Positions 1 through 9,844 of a stretch of 64,000 bases of DNA are shown here, one piece after another. The stretch comes from Clostridia bacterium (GTDB taxonomy: Bacteria > Bacillota > Clostridia > TANB77 > UBA1234), in the NCBI GenBank assembly GCA_900765095.1, contig CAAFRB010000022.1, positions 9,109 to 73,108 on the forward strand, in the 5' to 3' direction. The position numbers were made by a program, and so were the translations under genes. Numbering within the stretch: position 1 is the stretch's first letter; the number at the start of each line of letters is the position of its first letter. The notes under the pieces were generated by a model. It had not been told where the DNA came from. It saw nothing but the letters and a program-made list of their open reading frames with translations, and ran no database searches.

Positions 1-89
1 GAATATGATAAAATTCCACATGAAAGTGCGAACACAAACAGAAGTGTTGCACCAACCATTTGTATAAAATCAAATGAATTTTCTTCCAT
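1..89 (-). CDS. partial small hydrophobic protein (N-terminus only, gene runs off the window start); last visible gene of the pilus-like operon
   Basis: ATG at 89 lies 9 nt after AGGAGG (rc of 99-104). Hand translation gives MEENSFDFIQMVGATLLFVFALSCGILSY... Same strand as, and 110 nt downstream of, the pilin-like genes. Confidence 0.35.
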   Translation of the reverse strand, partial: MEENSFDFIQMVGATLLFVFALSCGILSY

Positions 90-199
90 TAGCACTCGCC
101 TCCTAACATTTTAATTAATAGAAATTTGAATTTAGTTATTATCAAATTTGCTTTCCATTGACTTAAGAGATATCTTAAGTCAATAAAAAACAGATTTAA

Positions 200-598
200 T
201 TATTTTATTGTTACTTTACTAACTCTTCCTACAGGATCGTAGCTTAGCGAATACGAAACTTGTTTAGTCGTATAGTTTTTAGGATCTGCTGAATATACAT
301 TGCCAGAGCTTACCGAAATAATGTCACTAGAAAGTTCTCTTTCTATGCCATCATCTACAGCTCTATTTAAAATATTAACAGCATCTATACACTTTATTGT
401 ACTCACTGAAGTACCAGAACTAGTTCTGTATTCTTGATAGAATCTGTTAAAGCTTTGAATCTGTGAGGCTGATAAAACATCCTCAGCAGAAGTTGCAAAG
501 TTTCTTGCGGAGTTAAATGCGTATACAGCTACCGAAATAAGTGCAATAGCAATCAAAACTCCTCCAGCCATTAAAATAGCTTTTGATGCATTATCCAT
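200..598 (-). CDS. pilin-like subunit B (short polar leader plus N-terminal hydrophobic helix), paralog of 690..1085
   Basis: ORF 200..607. The internal ATG at 598 lies 6 nt after GAGGTG. The N-terminus MDNASKAILMAGGVLIAIALISVAVYAF matches the neighbouring gene at about 20 of its first 28 residues. The gene sits directly after the TadB/C-like membrane protein gene. Confidence 0.6.
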   Translation of the reverse strand: MDNASKAILMAGGVLIAIALISVAVYAFNSARNFATSAEDVLSASQIQSFNRFYQEYRTSSGTSVSTIKCIDAVNILNRAVDDGIERELSSDIISVSSGNVYSADPKNYTTKQVSYSLSYDPVGRVSKVTIK

Positions 599-689
599 AA
601 TTAACACCTCACAAATCTAAATTTTCATGACGGGTATTATTAGTGAATTATTTTGTTATTCACCAACAATATAAATTATCATCTTTACC

Positions 690-1085
690 TTATTTTATCG
701 CAACAGTATCATAATATCCATCACTATTTGAATCTGTTATTTCAACTGTATAGTATTTTGTATCAGTTATATTAGCTGTAGATAAATTAGCATCCTCTAT
801 TTTATTACCATTAAGTGTTACAGTAACATCAACTGGTAAAGAATCATTTAAGTTAGATATTCTAACTTTTTCAAGTAGTTGTTTTACTGTTGACCCTCTT
901 ACGTTTGAACCAGCATATTGGCCTAGTGTCGAGTTTGTCATTTGAGCAGCTGCATCATCTAATTGTTTATTTGCTCCTCCAATCATTGTATTTGTGCTTG
1001 AGAAGATGTAAACACCTACTCCTACTAGTGCTATTGATATTAAAACAGCACCTGCCATAATTAATGCTTTTGACGCATTATCCAT
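690..1085 (-). CDS. pilin-like subunit A (short polar leader plus N-terminal hydrophobic helix)
   Basis: ORF 690..1094. The ATG at 1085 lies 9 nt after AAAGGA. The N-terminus is MDNASKALIMAGAVLISIALVGVGVYIF and the rest of the protein is Ser/Thr/Asn-rich. Confidence 0.6.
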   Translation of the reverse strand: MDNASKALIMAGAVLISIALVGVGVYIFSSTNTMIGGANKQLDDAAAQMTNSTLGQYAGSNVRGSTVKQLLEKVRISNLNDSLPVDVTVTLNGNKIEDANLSTANITDTKYYTVEITDSNSDGYYDTVAIK

Positions 1086-1154
1086 AAAAATCATTCCTTT
1101 CTTATATATGGTTTTTAAAGTTTGAAAACTTTATTTTGGTTGATGCTTCTTAAC

Positions 1155-3512
1155 TTACATCATTGAACCCATTTGTGTGAAGTACACGCCCATATCCGAT
1201 ATACTTGTCCACATTAGTGGTATAATTAAATAACCAACAAACAATGTTACCATAGGCGCAAAGCCGATTACTTTTCCTATCTTGGCTTTTCTATTAATTA
1301 ATCTTTCGTTTGCTTCTTTACGTTTTTCTTGGAAGAAAGCTCTTTCTGTTTCAAGTTCATCAAAAGCATCTACGATTTTAACGTTCTCTACTGCTGATTG
1401 TAAGCTTTCTACAATTCTTATAAAAGGCTTATATGTTACTTCATCTTTTAATTGTTCTAGTGCTTCATAAGCACCACTTTCATAGTTATTTAAACAACGC
1501 TGTAATGGTTCCCTAAATATGCTTGAAAATCTTGTTAGCCATTCTAGTATGTATTCAACAGACACTCTCTCGATGTACATTAGCATCAATATAATTGTCT
1601 GGAACTGCATTACTTCATCGTCCATTTCCATTTGTCTCATCTTTCTTTGGAAAGTTAAAAGCATATTTGGAAATTGATATGCAATTAAACCAATTATCAT
1701 TGCTAATACAAGCTCTGTCCATTTAAAGTATTCAGATGATAATTCTGATAATTTTTCATATATTCTTTCTGCATAACTAATTATTTGCTCTTCAGTCAAC
1801 TCCACGCTATATATGTCTATAACCGCATTTTTTACATCGCTTAATTCTACATATATTCTGCCATCCGCTTTTGCATATTCTATAATGACATCTGATAGCT
1901 CTATTACGAAATTATTTCTAGGCATTTCGATACCAGCTCTTAAAATAGCATTTTGTATGTCAGCTTCACCGGTTGAAATATTTCTTGCTCTTTTTGTTGT
2001 CAAATGCTTAAATATCCTATTTGCATATTCATCTGCAACGCTGTCTGATAAAGGCATAACATTTAAAATCCACATCTGATATTCTATCTTTTGTAATGCT
2101 ACATCCTTTGGATCATTTTTTACTGATTTTACAATCTCGCTATTATCCAATAACTTAGTAACGAAAAATCTATCTTCAGCGGTTAAAGACTTAGCGGTTT
2201 TAATATCCTTATCTGAAAGCTTGCCCATTATATTTCCTTCGACTGTATCATCGTATAAAACAGATTCTACTGCCATTCCGTGCATTTGATTTATAATAAA
2301 TATTGCAACGAAAAATGCGATTACTGCACATATCACTTTATTTACATATAACCATTCTACTTTTAAAGTAGAAGCTGTATCTTTTAAAAGCTTAGTTACT
2401 TTTGCATATCCTGACCTATCTTGGTTAGGCACCAAACTATCAATAATTCTTTCTACTACTGGTAGTCTGTATACTCTTTCTTGCCATGCTGAATCACTAG
2501 AAAAAGTTCTTTGCTTGTCATCATTATCTTTTATTCTAACAAGTAACGCATAAGATAAGAATGTCATTACCAAAAGGACAATTTCCATCAAAAATCCATT
2601 TTTACCTTCATAAAAGCTTGACGTTGAAGCAAATGCGTTAACTGCCCAATCACGAAGCGGATGGATAAATAACACTGGAGCGACAGCGATATATGTTAAA
2701 CTCTTGAACATATAATCTAATTTATCACGTTTCAAAATCTCTAATTGCAACTCTTGTGTTATATTATTTAAGTCTTTTAAGTAAAGTGAAACTCCACCTA
2801 TTTTTCTATCACCAAATTCTTTAGTCAAATACGATACACCAGCAAATATTTTTAAAAATCTGTTAGGTGCAACATCGTAATACTTTTCAAGTTCCATTTC
2901 AGGATCTGCAGAAATCAAAATGTCATAAATGATATTTGCTTGTGATACTATTTCTTGTTCTTCCATAAGTGAGGCATCGTAAACTGCTTCCTCAACCATT
3001 GATGTACTGTGAAATGCGTGTCTAACTTCTGAGAAGAATTCAAGTTCTTGATTTAGTAGTTTGTTTTCTACTTTATTAATCATTTGCTCAGTTAAATTTT
3101 CTATAACGATTAAAACACCAAGTAGTGAAATAAGCATTATAAATAAGTTATCTTTATTTATCCAAGCTATTAATATAGATATAAGTAGTGCAAGTACAAT
3201 CGCTCTTAAAGTAATTCTTGCAGTATCTTTTCTGATCGTGTACTCATCATTCTGATTAACGAGCTCTAACCTTCTTCTTATCTTTCTTAAGTATCTATTT
3301 ATGACAGGGATACGTTCAATCTTTATATATACTTTCTGATAGAACGCATCCTTGCCAGAAGAAGATGATGTGGCTTCGTTCATCATTTTTTCTAATACAG
3401 CACTTTTATTCCCTCTATTTCTTTTTTGAAGTGTGTAATAAACAAACATCAAGATTGCAAATAAAATCATTGGAATTAACACAAAGCAAAAAAGTAATAC
3501 TTTTGGATCCAT
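1155..3512 (-). CDS. polytopic inner-membrane platform protein, TadB/TadC (T2SS-F domain)-like, apparently fused or extended (785 aa)
   Basis: Multiple hydrophobic helices. The C-terminal ~180 aa (…FPNMLLTFQRKMRQMEMDDEVMQFQ…FIRIVESLQSAVENV…RKAKIGKVIGFAPMVTLFVGYLIIPLMW) look like a GspF/TadC-type domain. RBS is GAGGGGGAAG. The gene follows the secretion ATPase by 35 nt. Confidence 0.55.
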   Translation of the reverse strand: MDPKVLLFCFVLIPMILFAILMFVYYTLQKRNRGNKSAVLEKMMNEATSSSSGKDAFYQKVYIKIERIPVINRYLRKIRRRLELVNQNDEYTIRKDTARITLRAIVLALLISILIAWINKDNLFIMLISLLGVLIVIENLTEQMINKVENKLLNQELEFFSEVRHAFHSTSMVEEAVYDASLMEEQEIVSQANIIYDILISADPEMELEKYYDVAPNRFLKIFAGVSYLTKEFGDRKIGGVSLYLKDLNNITQELQLEILKRDKLDYMFKSLTYIAVAPVLFIHPLRDWAVNAFASTSSFYEGKNGFLMEIVLLVMTFLSYALLVRIKDNDDKQRTFSSDSAWQERVYRLPVVERIIDSLVPNQDRSGYAKVTKLLKDTASTLKVEWLYVNKVICAVIAFFVAIFIINQMHGMAVESVLYDDTVEGNIMGKLSDKDIKTAKSLTAEDRFFVTKLLDNSEIVKSVKNDPKDVALQKIEYQMWILNVMPLSDSVADEYANRIFKHLTTKRARNISTGEADIQNAILRAGIEMPRNNFVIELSDVIIEYAKADGRIYVELSDVKNAVIDIYSVELTEEQIISYAERIYEKLSELSSEYFKWTELVLAMIIGLIAYQFPNMLLTFQRKMRQMEMDDEVMQFQTIILMLMYIERVSVEYILEWLTRFSSIFREPLQRCLNNYESGAYEALEQLKDEVTYKPFIRIVESLQSAVENVKIVDAFDELETERAFFQEKRKEANERLINRKAKIGKVIGFAPMVTLFVGYLIIPLMWTSISDMGVYFTQMGSMM

Positions 3513-3547
3513 CGTCTTCCCCCTCTCTTCTAAAGTAAAATAATTTT

Positions 3548-5452
3548 TTATTCAACAATTCTTCTGCCTGAAGAATTTGTTGCTGAGCCAAAATAGTTAG
3601 AACAAAATTCGTCAAATAATAATTGATCTTCTTCTGACATATTTTCTCTCATTGCTTCAATATTTTCTCTAGATATAGGATTTTTGATAACATATTGACC
3701 GTCTACGAATTGAACTATATCAACAGCTTTGTATGTTTCTGTTTCCGTTATCTTTTGGAAATATTCAGTAGCATTATCTATAAATTTATCCATTTTACCT
3801 TCAAGAGTAGGTTCATTATGATGATCAAATGTGTAATTGTTTTTAGGTTTTACTGGTATACATTCTGTGATTCTCTCGATGTATCTGTCACCAGAATATG
3901 ATTTCTTCAAATGTACTTCAAAATTTAATACGCCAACAACCTGTACTTCTGCGATTTTTTCATTATGGAACATACCAACTTTTAGAAGTGAGTTTCTTAA
4001 TGAAAGAATCAAGTTGTCAAATGTTTTTGCGTGGTGAGTAAACATTGTAAATTTAGATGCAACCTGTGCCATCTGAATCATCCAAGCAGCAACCCCGTCT
4101 GTTGCAACCTCACCTAGGATATTAACAGCACCGTCAGTTTTCTTCTGAACATCCAAACCTTCTTGTCCAGAAACTGTATCTGTTTCTCTGAATGTTAAGA
4201 TGTTTCTATCAGGATAAACTTTTCTTAAGTGCAACTCGAATGCTGTTTCTTGAACTCTTATGTTCAATGATGTGTATATGTATTTTATCATCGCCATAAG
4301 CATTGTTGTTTTACCACAACCTTGCTCACCAGTTAATGCTGTAACTCTGGCGCCTTTTACTAAGAATTTTAATAATTCTATTACTGGTTCTCTTCCTGGA
4401 TGTCTTACTAAGTTTTCCAATACAGCATTTGGTGTATCGAACTTTCTTATGAAGAATGCCCAAGACTCTGACATACTTGGTCTAACTACAACGACACGAG
4501 AACCATCTTTCATTTCATTAATCTTATAACCATTCGTGTCTGATAATTGTCCTGGATTATTATACTTATATATATTTTGACATACACGTCTTAGTTCTGA
4601 AAAAGAACCAAAAGATAAACAAGATAAGTAAATTGATTTACCTTTGTAGAATATCCAAACGCTATCGTAAGCTCTTGGAATAGTTCTCTCTGTTGTTTGT
4701 CTTAAGTAGTCACCTAACTGTGCTACTTGATACATGAATGATTCTGGTAGACCAGAAACACCACCAGAGATACCATCTATATTCATATCTCTTATCTCAT
4801 CTATAACGCTAAAGCCCTTATAGTTTTGATATATTCTTTGTGATAAAATATTCAATCTATCTTCAAATGATAAATAGTCATATTCTTTTTCAAATATTGT
4901 ATCAATCTCTTCAGATGTTATTACATATTGTGCAACATCTGAACCATAAACTTTCTTTTGCTCATCAAGATGATATTTCTTTATAAGTTCACTTAAAGCG
5001 TCATATCCAAATTGTTGCTTGTACATGTATAAAAGAATATCAAATTTATCGTTTGTAGATAGTTTATCAATATTATCAAAATCAATCGCATTCGTGATAT
5101 TAACTTGGTTTACGCCATACTCTCTGTGAAGTAAATCAAATATTAATTCTTTAACATATTTCTTGTCGTTTACATCACCATAAGTACAGTTTTTCAAGGC
5201 TTTCTTCAATTCGTATTTCTTATTTTTTCTTCTTTTAAGTTCATCTTCTGAAAGTCCAATATCATATAAGTTGGTTCTTGTTATTTCGTCCATTCTAGCC
5301 TTTATAAACTCTGTCATTCGCTCTACGCTGTATATTCTGCCTTCCTTTTGCACATCTTGAATAACAGACGAATCGGACTTGGAAAATAAATAACCTATAA
5401 ATACCATAAGTCCAATTACCAATATTCCTATTAGAAGATAATTAAAAAACAT
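3548..5452 (-). CDS. CpaF/TadA/VirB11-family secretion ATPase with an N-terminal transmembrane anchor
   Basis: Walker A GEQGCGKTT, Asp-box-like ILGEVATDG and His-box-like MFTHHAKT are present. The N-terminus MFFNYLLIGILVIGLMVFIGYLF is hydrophobic. RBS is AAAGGTGG. Confidence 0.8.
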   Translation of the reverse strand: MFFNYLLIGILVIGLMVFIGYLFSKSDSSVIQDVQKEGRIYSVERMTEFIKARMDEITRTNLYDIGLSEDELKRRKNKKYELKKALKNCTYGDVNDKKYVKELIFDLLHREYGVNQVNITNAIDFDNIDKLSTNDKFDILLYMYKQQFGYDALSELIKKYHLDEQKKVYGSDVAQYVITSEEIDTIFEKEYDYLSFEDRLNILSQRIYQNYKGFSVIDEIRDMNIDGISGGVSGLPESFMYQVAQLGDYLRQTTERTIPRAYDSVWIFYKGKSIYLSCLSFGSFSELRRVCQNIYKYNNPGQLSDTNGYKINEMKDGSRVVVVRPSMSESWAFFIRKFDTPNAVLENLVRHPGREPVIELLKFLVKGARVTALTGEQGCGKTTMLMAMIKYIYTSLNIRVQETAFELHLRKVYPDRNILTFRETDTVSGQEGLDVQKKTDGAVNILGEVATDGVAAWMIQMAQVASKFTMFTHHAKTFDNLILSLRNSLLKVGMFHNEKIAEVQVVGVLNFEVHLKKSYSGDRYIERITECIPVKPKNNYTFDHHNEPTLEGKMDKFIDNATEYFQKITETETYKAVDIVQFVDGQYVIKNPISRENIEAMRENMSEEDQLLFDEFCSNYFGSATNSSGRRIVE

Positions 5453-5490
5453 GTGGTCATACCACCTTTCTATCTAGGTATATAACTTTC

Positions 5491-6309
5491 TTATCTCTCT
5501 ATAATTTTAGGTTTAATTGCTTCAATAATTGCATCTGTCAAAGCAGCAACTTCCGAGATAAAGAAGCCATTTCTGTCCGTTCCCATATCTGCATTTGAAT
5601 TTTCTATAAAGAATTTTGCAACCGCACCATCATTGCAAGAATCAAAAAATTGTGTATTGTATGGTAATGTGTATATTCTCTTTTTATAATTAAATTTTCT
5701 TGCAATGTTTCTTTCATTGTATTTAGAGTATTTATCGTATCTACCTAAAACAGGTATAACAGTCTTTTCTTGTAATATTTTAAGTGTCTCCATGTCTTTA
5801 AACAATTTCTTTAAGACTTGCATGTTCTGACCCATGTGAAAAACAATTAAATCAGATTTCTGTAAAATAGGATTAACTTCGGAAGTGCTACTACCCTTAT
5901 TCAAATCAACAAGTACTATATCATATAACTGATTTGCGTAATCAATCATGATTGGCATTGTTTCAAGAATTCTAGAATATGAATCTGGGTCATTCTTAAA
6001 AGTACCATATAATAATTCAAGTCTTCCTTTTATTATAGGAGAAGCATAATTAGGTATACTCTCTGGAGTAAGTTTATTGCTCCTTAACAATCTGTCTAAA
6101 GCATCTATACCTGTATCTGCTGTGTCAAGTCTTGATTTCTTTTCTTGATTAAAGAAAGAAGCTTCTAATGACAAATCATTGTAATGTGTTTGTGTTATTA
6201 AAGTTTTATATTTAGTTCTTGTTGGTATCGTAGAAGCAACAGCGACTGCAGTTGCTGTATCTGATAATTGTGCTGACTCCTCTGTGCTCCAAAATGAAAC
6301 AATTGGCAT
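5491..6309 (-). CDS. ParA/MinD-fold TadZ/CpaE-like protein lacking a recognisable P-loop
   Basis: Walker-B-like YDIVLVDLNKGSS is present. In the N-terminus (IVSFWSTEESAQLSDTATAVAVA) the GxxGxGK[ST] motif is replaced. RBS is GAGGAGAG. The gene lies between the CpaB-like gene and the ATPase gene. Confidence 0.45.
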   Translation of the reverse strand: MPIVSFWSTEESAQLSDTATAVAVASTIPTRTKYKTLITQTHYNDLSLEASFFNQEKKSRLDTADTGIDALDRLLRSNKLTPESIPNYASPIIKGRLELLYGTFKNDPDSYSRILETMPIMIDYANQLYDIVLVDLNKGSSTSEVNPILQKSDLIVFHMGQNMQVLKKLFKDMETLKILQEKTVIPVLGRYDKYSKYNERNIARKFNYKKRIYTLPYNTQFFDSCNDGAVAKFFIENSNADMGTDRNGFFISEVAALTDAIIEAIKPKIIER

Positions 6310-6332
6310 ACTACTCTCCTCGCTTTCTATAA

Positions 6333-7076
6333 TTATGCAAAAAATCTAGCTGACTTTTCTGCATTCTTCATAACTTTTTTTATCGTTTGAAGTTGTTCAC
6401 CTGTGATAACCTCAACAGTACTTGCTAAAGCATCTTTATAAGATCTAGATAACATACGAATATCAAATTTATTAGAATATTGATTTTGTATGTTTACAGA
6501 CAAATCACCGCCGTCATAAGGGAAATCAAGTGTTTTTTGATTCCATTCGATAGGCAAATTATCTGATATTTTTTCGATATATTTTCTATCGGCTGTTGCG
6601 ATATCACTGTAGAAAGTTATTTTATGCATTGGCACAGTGCCATCAGGATCTGTTCTTCTCTTTAATGCACAAACAAATTTTAATAGTTCAACGCCTTTAT
6701 GAATATACATCTTGTCATAAGAAGACACGAAGAATAATTCGTTTGCACTCTTCAAATCATATTCTTCAATCATATCTTCTAAGTCAGTATCTACCATTAC
6801 ATAGTCATATTCGTTAAAATCCTCGCCCTTAGATAGTAAATATTTCTTTAATTCCAACATATTGTTAAAGCCAACCGCTACCTCAACGCTGTCATGTTGG
6901 ACAACATATTGATTTAACTCTCCTATTCCTTCTATAGTTGGAACTGTATATCTTGTTTTTTGTGTTGATGTCGCATCTAAAAAGATTACTTTTTTACCAG
7001 TTGCTGCAATTATTTTAGAGATATAACCTATCAATTCTGTTTTATCTGATTTTCCAATAAAGCCTATACATTTCAT
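6333..7076 (-). CDS. ParA/MinD-fold TadZ/CpaE-like protein with a degenerate P-loop
   Basis: MKCIGFIGKSDKTELIGYISKIIAATGKKVIFLDAT fits the ParA N-terminal pattern but has GKSDKTE in place of a canonical P-loop. Walker-B-like YDYVMVDTD is present. I prefer the ATG at 7076 (RBS GGAAAGGGGA) over the TTG at 7112. Confidence 0.45.
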   Translation of the reverse strand: MKCIGFIGKSDKTELIGYISKIIAATGKKVIFLDATSTQKTRYTVPTIEGIGELNQYVVQHDSVEVAVGFNNMLELKKYLLSKGEDFNEYDYVMVDTDLEDMIEEYDLKSANELFFVSSYDKMYIHKGVELLKFVCALKRRTDPDGTVPMHKITFYSDIATADRKYIEKISDNLPIEWNQKTLDFPYDGGDLSVNIQNQYSNKFDIRMLSRSYKDALASTVEVITGEQLQTIKKVMKNAEKSARFFA

Positions 7077-7114
7077 ATTGTACAATCCCCTTTCCATTTT
7101 CTCATTACGCAACT

Positions 7115-8437
7115 TTACTGAGCAAGAGCTGCTTCTCTAATCAATGTTTGTAAATATTCTTTTCTATCTGCTCTTTGTGATTGAATCTCTTTTGTAATAT
7201 TTTCATTAACCTTTGATAATCTACCGCTGTCTTCTGTTTCAAGTCCTGTCATTGGATCTAATACTTTTATTGAAGTATCATTCAAATTAGCTCTTTCTTC
7301 TTCAAGTTTATCTATGTTAGCATATTTAACTTTAATTTCTTCTATTATATTTGGGTTTTGAGCAAGAAGTTTTGCAACTTCTGGTCTAACCGGATAATTA
7401 GGTGTTAATGCTTTGCTATAAATTTCTGTCTTGTTTTTATAATAACTTAGAAGATCTTCATCATTATTTTCTTTTGCTGTTCTAATAGCCTCAACATCAT
7501 CAATTGTCATATTGCAATTAACATTTGCTAAAATTTCACTTACATCTAATTCTTTCTCAGTTGGTACTTTTGTCTTAGTTGTTTCTCCGCTTGTTGTTTC
7601 ATCAACAATCGGATCTCCACTTTCATCAAACTTAGGTGTAGTATCTATTTCAACAGTTGTTGTATATAACTCTTGTAATTTCTTTACTGCATCATCATAT
7701 TTTGCAACATAGTCTACGTGAACGTATTCATTTAATTGTTCATCTGGATTTATATATTTAGTAGCATATACATTAATACCATCAGCTATATATGATTCGA
7801 TTATAGCACTGCTCATTCTTACGATTTCTTCTTCATCTAACTCAAGAAAAATAGAATTAGAATCTGCATTTGCTCCTGTACCTACTACTTCTTTTCCTGC
7901 AACAACTAGGTAATCCTCACCTGTTGGATATAATATTCTTATATCAATATAATCGCCTTCTACTAAGGTACTTGGTAAAGATATCATATTAAATTCTCTT
8001 GATCTTAAATCAACGCTAAGGTTGTCTGAATCTTGCAAAAATAATGCGTCAGAAATTATTGTTCTAGCACTAGTAGCTGATTTTAGCTTTCTACCAATAA
8101 AAGCTTTATCATAGTTATATTGTATATTTCCTGTTTTATCAGTAACAGCATTTCCGTTTTTATCAAGAATTGGAGTTGCTATATAAGCATCATTTGGCAA
8201 AGTTTCTTTTTTAGCTTCAACTAAAGTAACATCACTTTCCGACATTATGTGATTAACAGGTAAATCTTCTGCTAATACATACGCCATTTGCGTTTCAGCC
8301 TTTACTCTTAATTCTGCTATCTCTGCTTTTTTATTCTTAGCATATAATCCAAAAATAACTCCTATTACAATTGTTGGGATTAAAAAGGCTATAACACCTG
8401 TAGTAATCATTTTCTTTTTCATAGGTCCTAACATCAT
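7115..8437 (-). CDS. CpaB/RcpC-like pilus assembly protein (N-terminal membrane anchor, extracytoplasmic domain)
   Basis: TM helix ITTGVIAFLIPTIVIGVIFGLYA. The segment GDYIDIRILYPTGEDYLVVAGKEVVG resembles the CpaB core. It is the first gene of the operon, with RBS GAGGAGAGGA. Confidence 0.45.
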   Translation of the reverse strand: MMLGPMKKKMITTGVIAFLIPTIVIGVIFGLYAKNKKAEIAELRVKAETQMAYVLAEDLPVNHIMSESDVTLVEAKKETLPNDAYIATPILDKNGNAVTDKTGNIQYNYDKAFIGRKLKSATSARTIISDALFLQDSDNLSVDLRSREFNMISLPSTLVEGDYIDIRILYPTGEDYLVVAGKEVVGTGANADSNSIFLELDEEEIVRMSSAIIESYIADGINVYATKYINPDEQLNEYVHVDYVAKYDDAVKKLQELYTTTVEIDTTPKFDESGDPIVDETTSGETTKTKVPTEKELDVSEILANVNCNMTIDDVEAIRTAKENNDEDLLSYYKNKTEIYSKALTPNYPVRPEVAKLLAQNPNIIEEIKVKYANIDKLEEERANLNDTSIKVLDPMTGLETEDSGRLSKVNENITKEIQSQRADRKEYLQTLIREAALAQ

Positions 8438-8675
8438 AATATAATCCTCTCCTCTACATTACAATCTCTTACTTAAGAAGTTTAGCACTACAACGCAAGA
8501 ATCTCAATAAAAAAAGATTTTTTTAACACAAATGTAACATAAATGTAATATTAGTGTAAAAACAAACAAAGAAGCGGTTTTTATCCAATTATCTAACAAA
8601 AAAACACATTAAAATATGAATTTTGTGGCAGATTAATTTAAGTCACATATTATATATATTAAAAGAGGTGTATTT

Positions 8676-9812
8676 ATGAAAAACTATTATTTTGATAACG
8701 CAGCAACAACCCAAATCGATGATAATGTCTTAAAAGAAATGACTCCCTATCTAACTTCAAATTATGGTAATGCTTCAAGTACTTATGAAATAGGTAGAAT
8801 TTCCAGAGAAGCAATTGAAAAGTCACGAAATACCATCTCCAAAATTATCAACTCAAAACCAGCCGAAATATATTTTACATCTGGCGGAAGTGAAAGTGAT
8901 AACACAGCTCTACGTGGTATTGCCAGTGCATACAAGCATAAAGGTAATCACATTATAACTTCTCAAATAGAACACCCTGCAATATTAGAAACATGTAAAT
9001 ATTTAGAAAAGCACGGTTTCACTGTCACCTACCTTCCGGTTGATGAACACGGATTAATTAATTTAGAAACATTAGAAAATTCAATAACTAACTCTACAAT
9101 ATTAATCTCAATCATGTTTGCTAATAACGAAATCGGAACAGTCGAACCGATAAAAAGAATTGGTAAAATAGCTCATAAACACAATGTTATTTTTCACACG
9201 GACGCCGTCCAAGCAATTGGAAATGTTAGAATAGATGTTAAAGAAATGAATATCGATGCTCTTTCATTATCTGGTCACAAATTTTATGGACCTAAAGGAA
9301 TTGGAGCTTTATATATAAATGAAAAGATTCACTTTGATAAATTGATTTTTGGTGGACATCAAGAAAAAAATATGCGTGCAGGCACAGAAAATGTTGCAGG
9401 AATAGTAGGAATGTCAAAAGCATTAGAATTAGCAGATGTCCAATTTGAAAATCATACAGAATATATAAAATATCTTAGAAACTATATTATCGAAAATCTT
9501 CAAAAAGATATTCCTAATATAAAAATCAACGGCGACCTTATAAATAGATTACCAGGCAATGTAAACATTTCATTTAAAAATATAAATGGAAATAAAATTT
9601 TATTAGATTTAGACGAAAAGAAAATTTGCGTATCTACTGGTAGTGCATGTAGTTCATCTTCAAATAACGTTTCACATGTATTAAAAGCTATTAACGTTCC
9701 TGAAGATTATATAAATGGTTCAATAAGAATTACAATCGGAAAAAATAATACTAAAGAAGAAGTAGATTACTTGTTATATCACATTAAGAATATCATCAGA
9801 CGAGAAAGCTGA
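8676..9812 (+). CDS. cysteine desulfurase, NifS/IscS family (class V PLP enzyme)
   Basis: N-terminus YFDNAATT, PLP-lysine motif SLSGHKFYGPKG, catalytic-loop motif STGSACSS. RBS is AAGAGGTG. Confidence 0.9.
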   Translation: MKNYYFDNAATTQIDDNVLKEMTPYLTSNYGNASSTYEIGRISREAIEKSRNTISKIINSKPAEIYFTSGGSESDNTALRGIASAYKHKGNHIITSQIEHPAILETCKYLEKHGFTVTYLPVDEHGLINLETLENSITNSTILISIMFANNEIGTVEPIKRIGKIAHKHNVIFHTDAVQAIGNVRIDVKEMNIDALSLSGHKFYGPKGIGALYINEKIHFDKLIFGGHQEKNMRAGTENVAGIVGMSKALELADVQFENHTEYIKYLRNYIIENLQKDIPNIKINGDLINRLPGNVNISFKNINGNKILLDLDEKKICVSTGSACSSSSNNVSHVLKAINVPEDYINGSIRITIGKNNTKEEVDYLLYHIKNIIRRES

Positions 9813-9836
9813 AAATCCTTGATTTTCAGCTTTCTC
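9802..9836. terminator. perfect 16-bp hairpin between convergent genes (possible bidirectional terminator, no clear U-tract)
   Basis: gagaaagctgaaaatc-ctt-gattttcagctttctc. It overlaps the stop codon of the desulfurase gene. Confidence 0.45.
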
Positions 9837-9844
9837 ACCCATTA

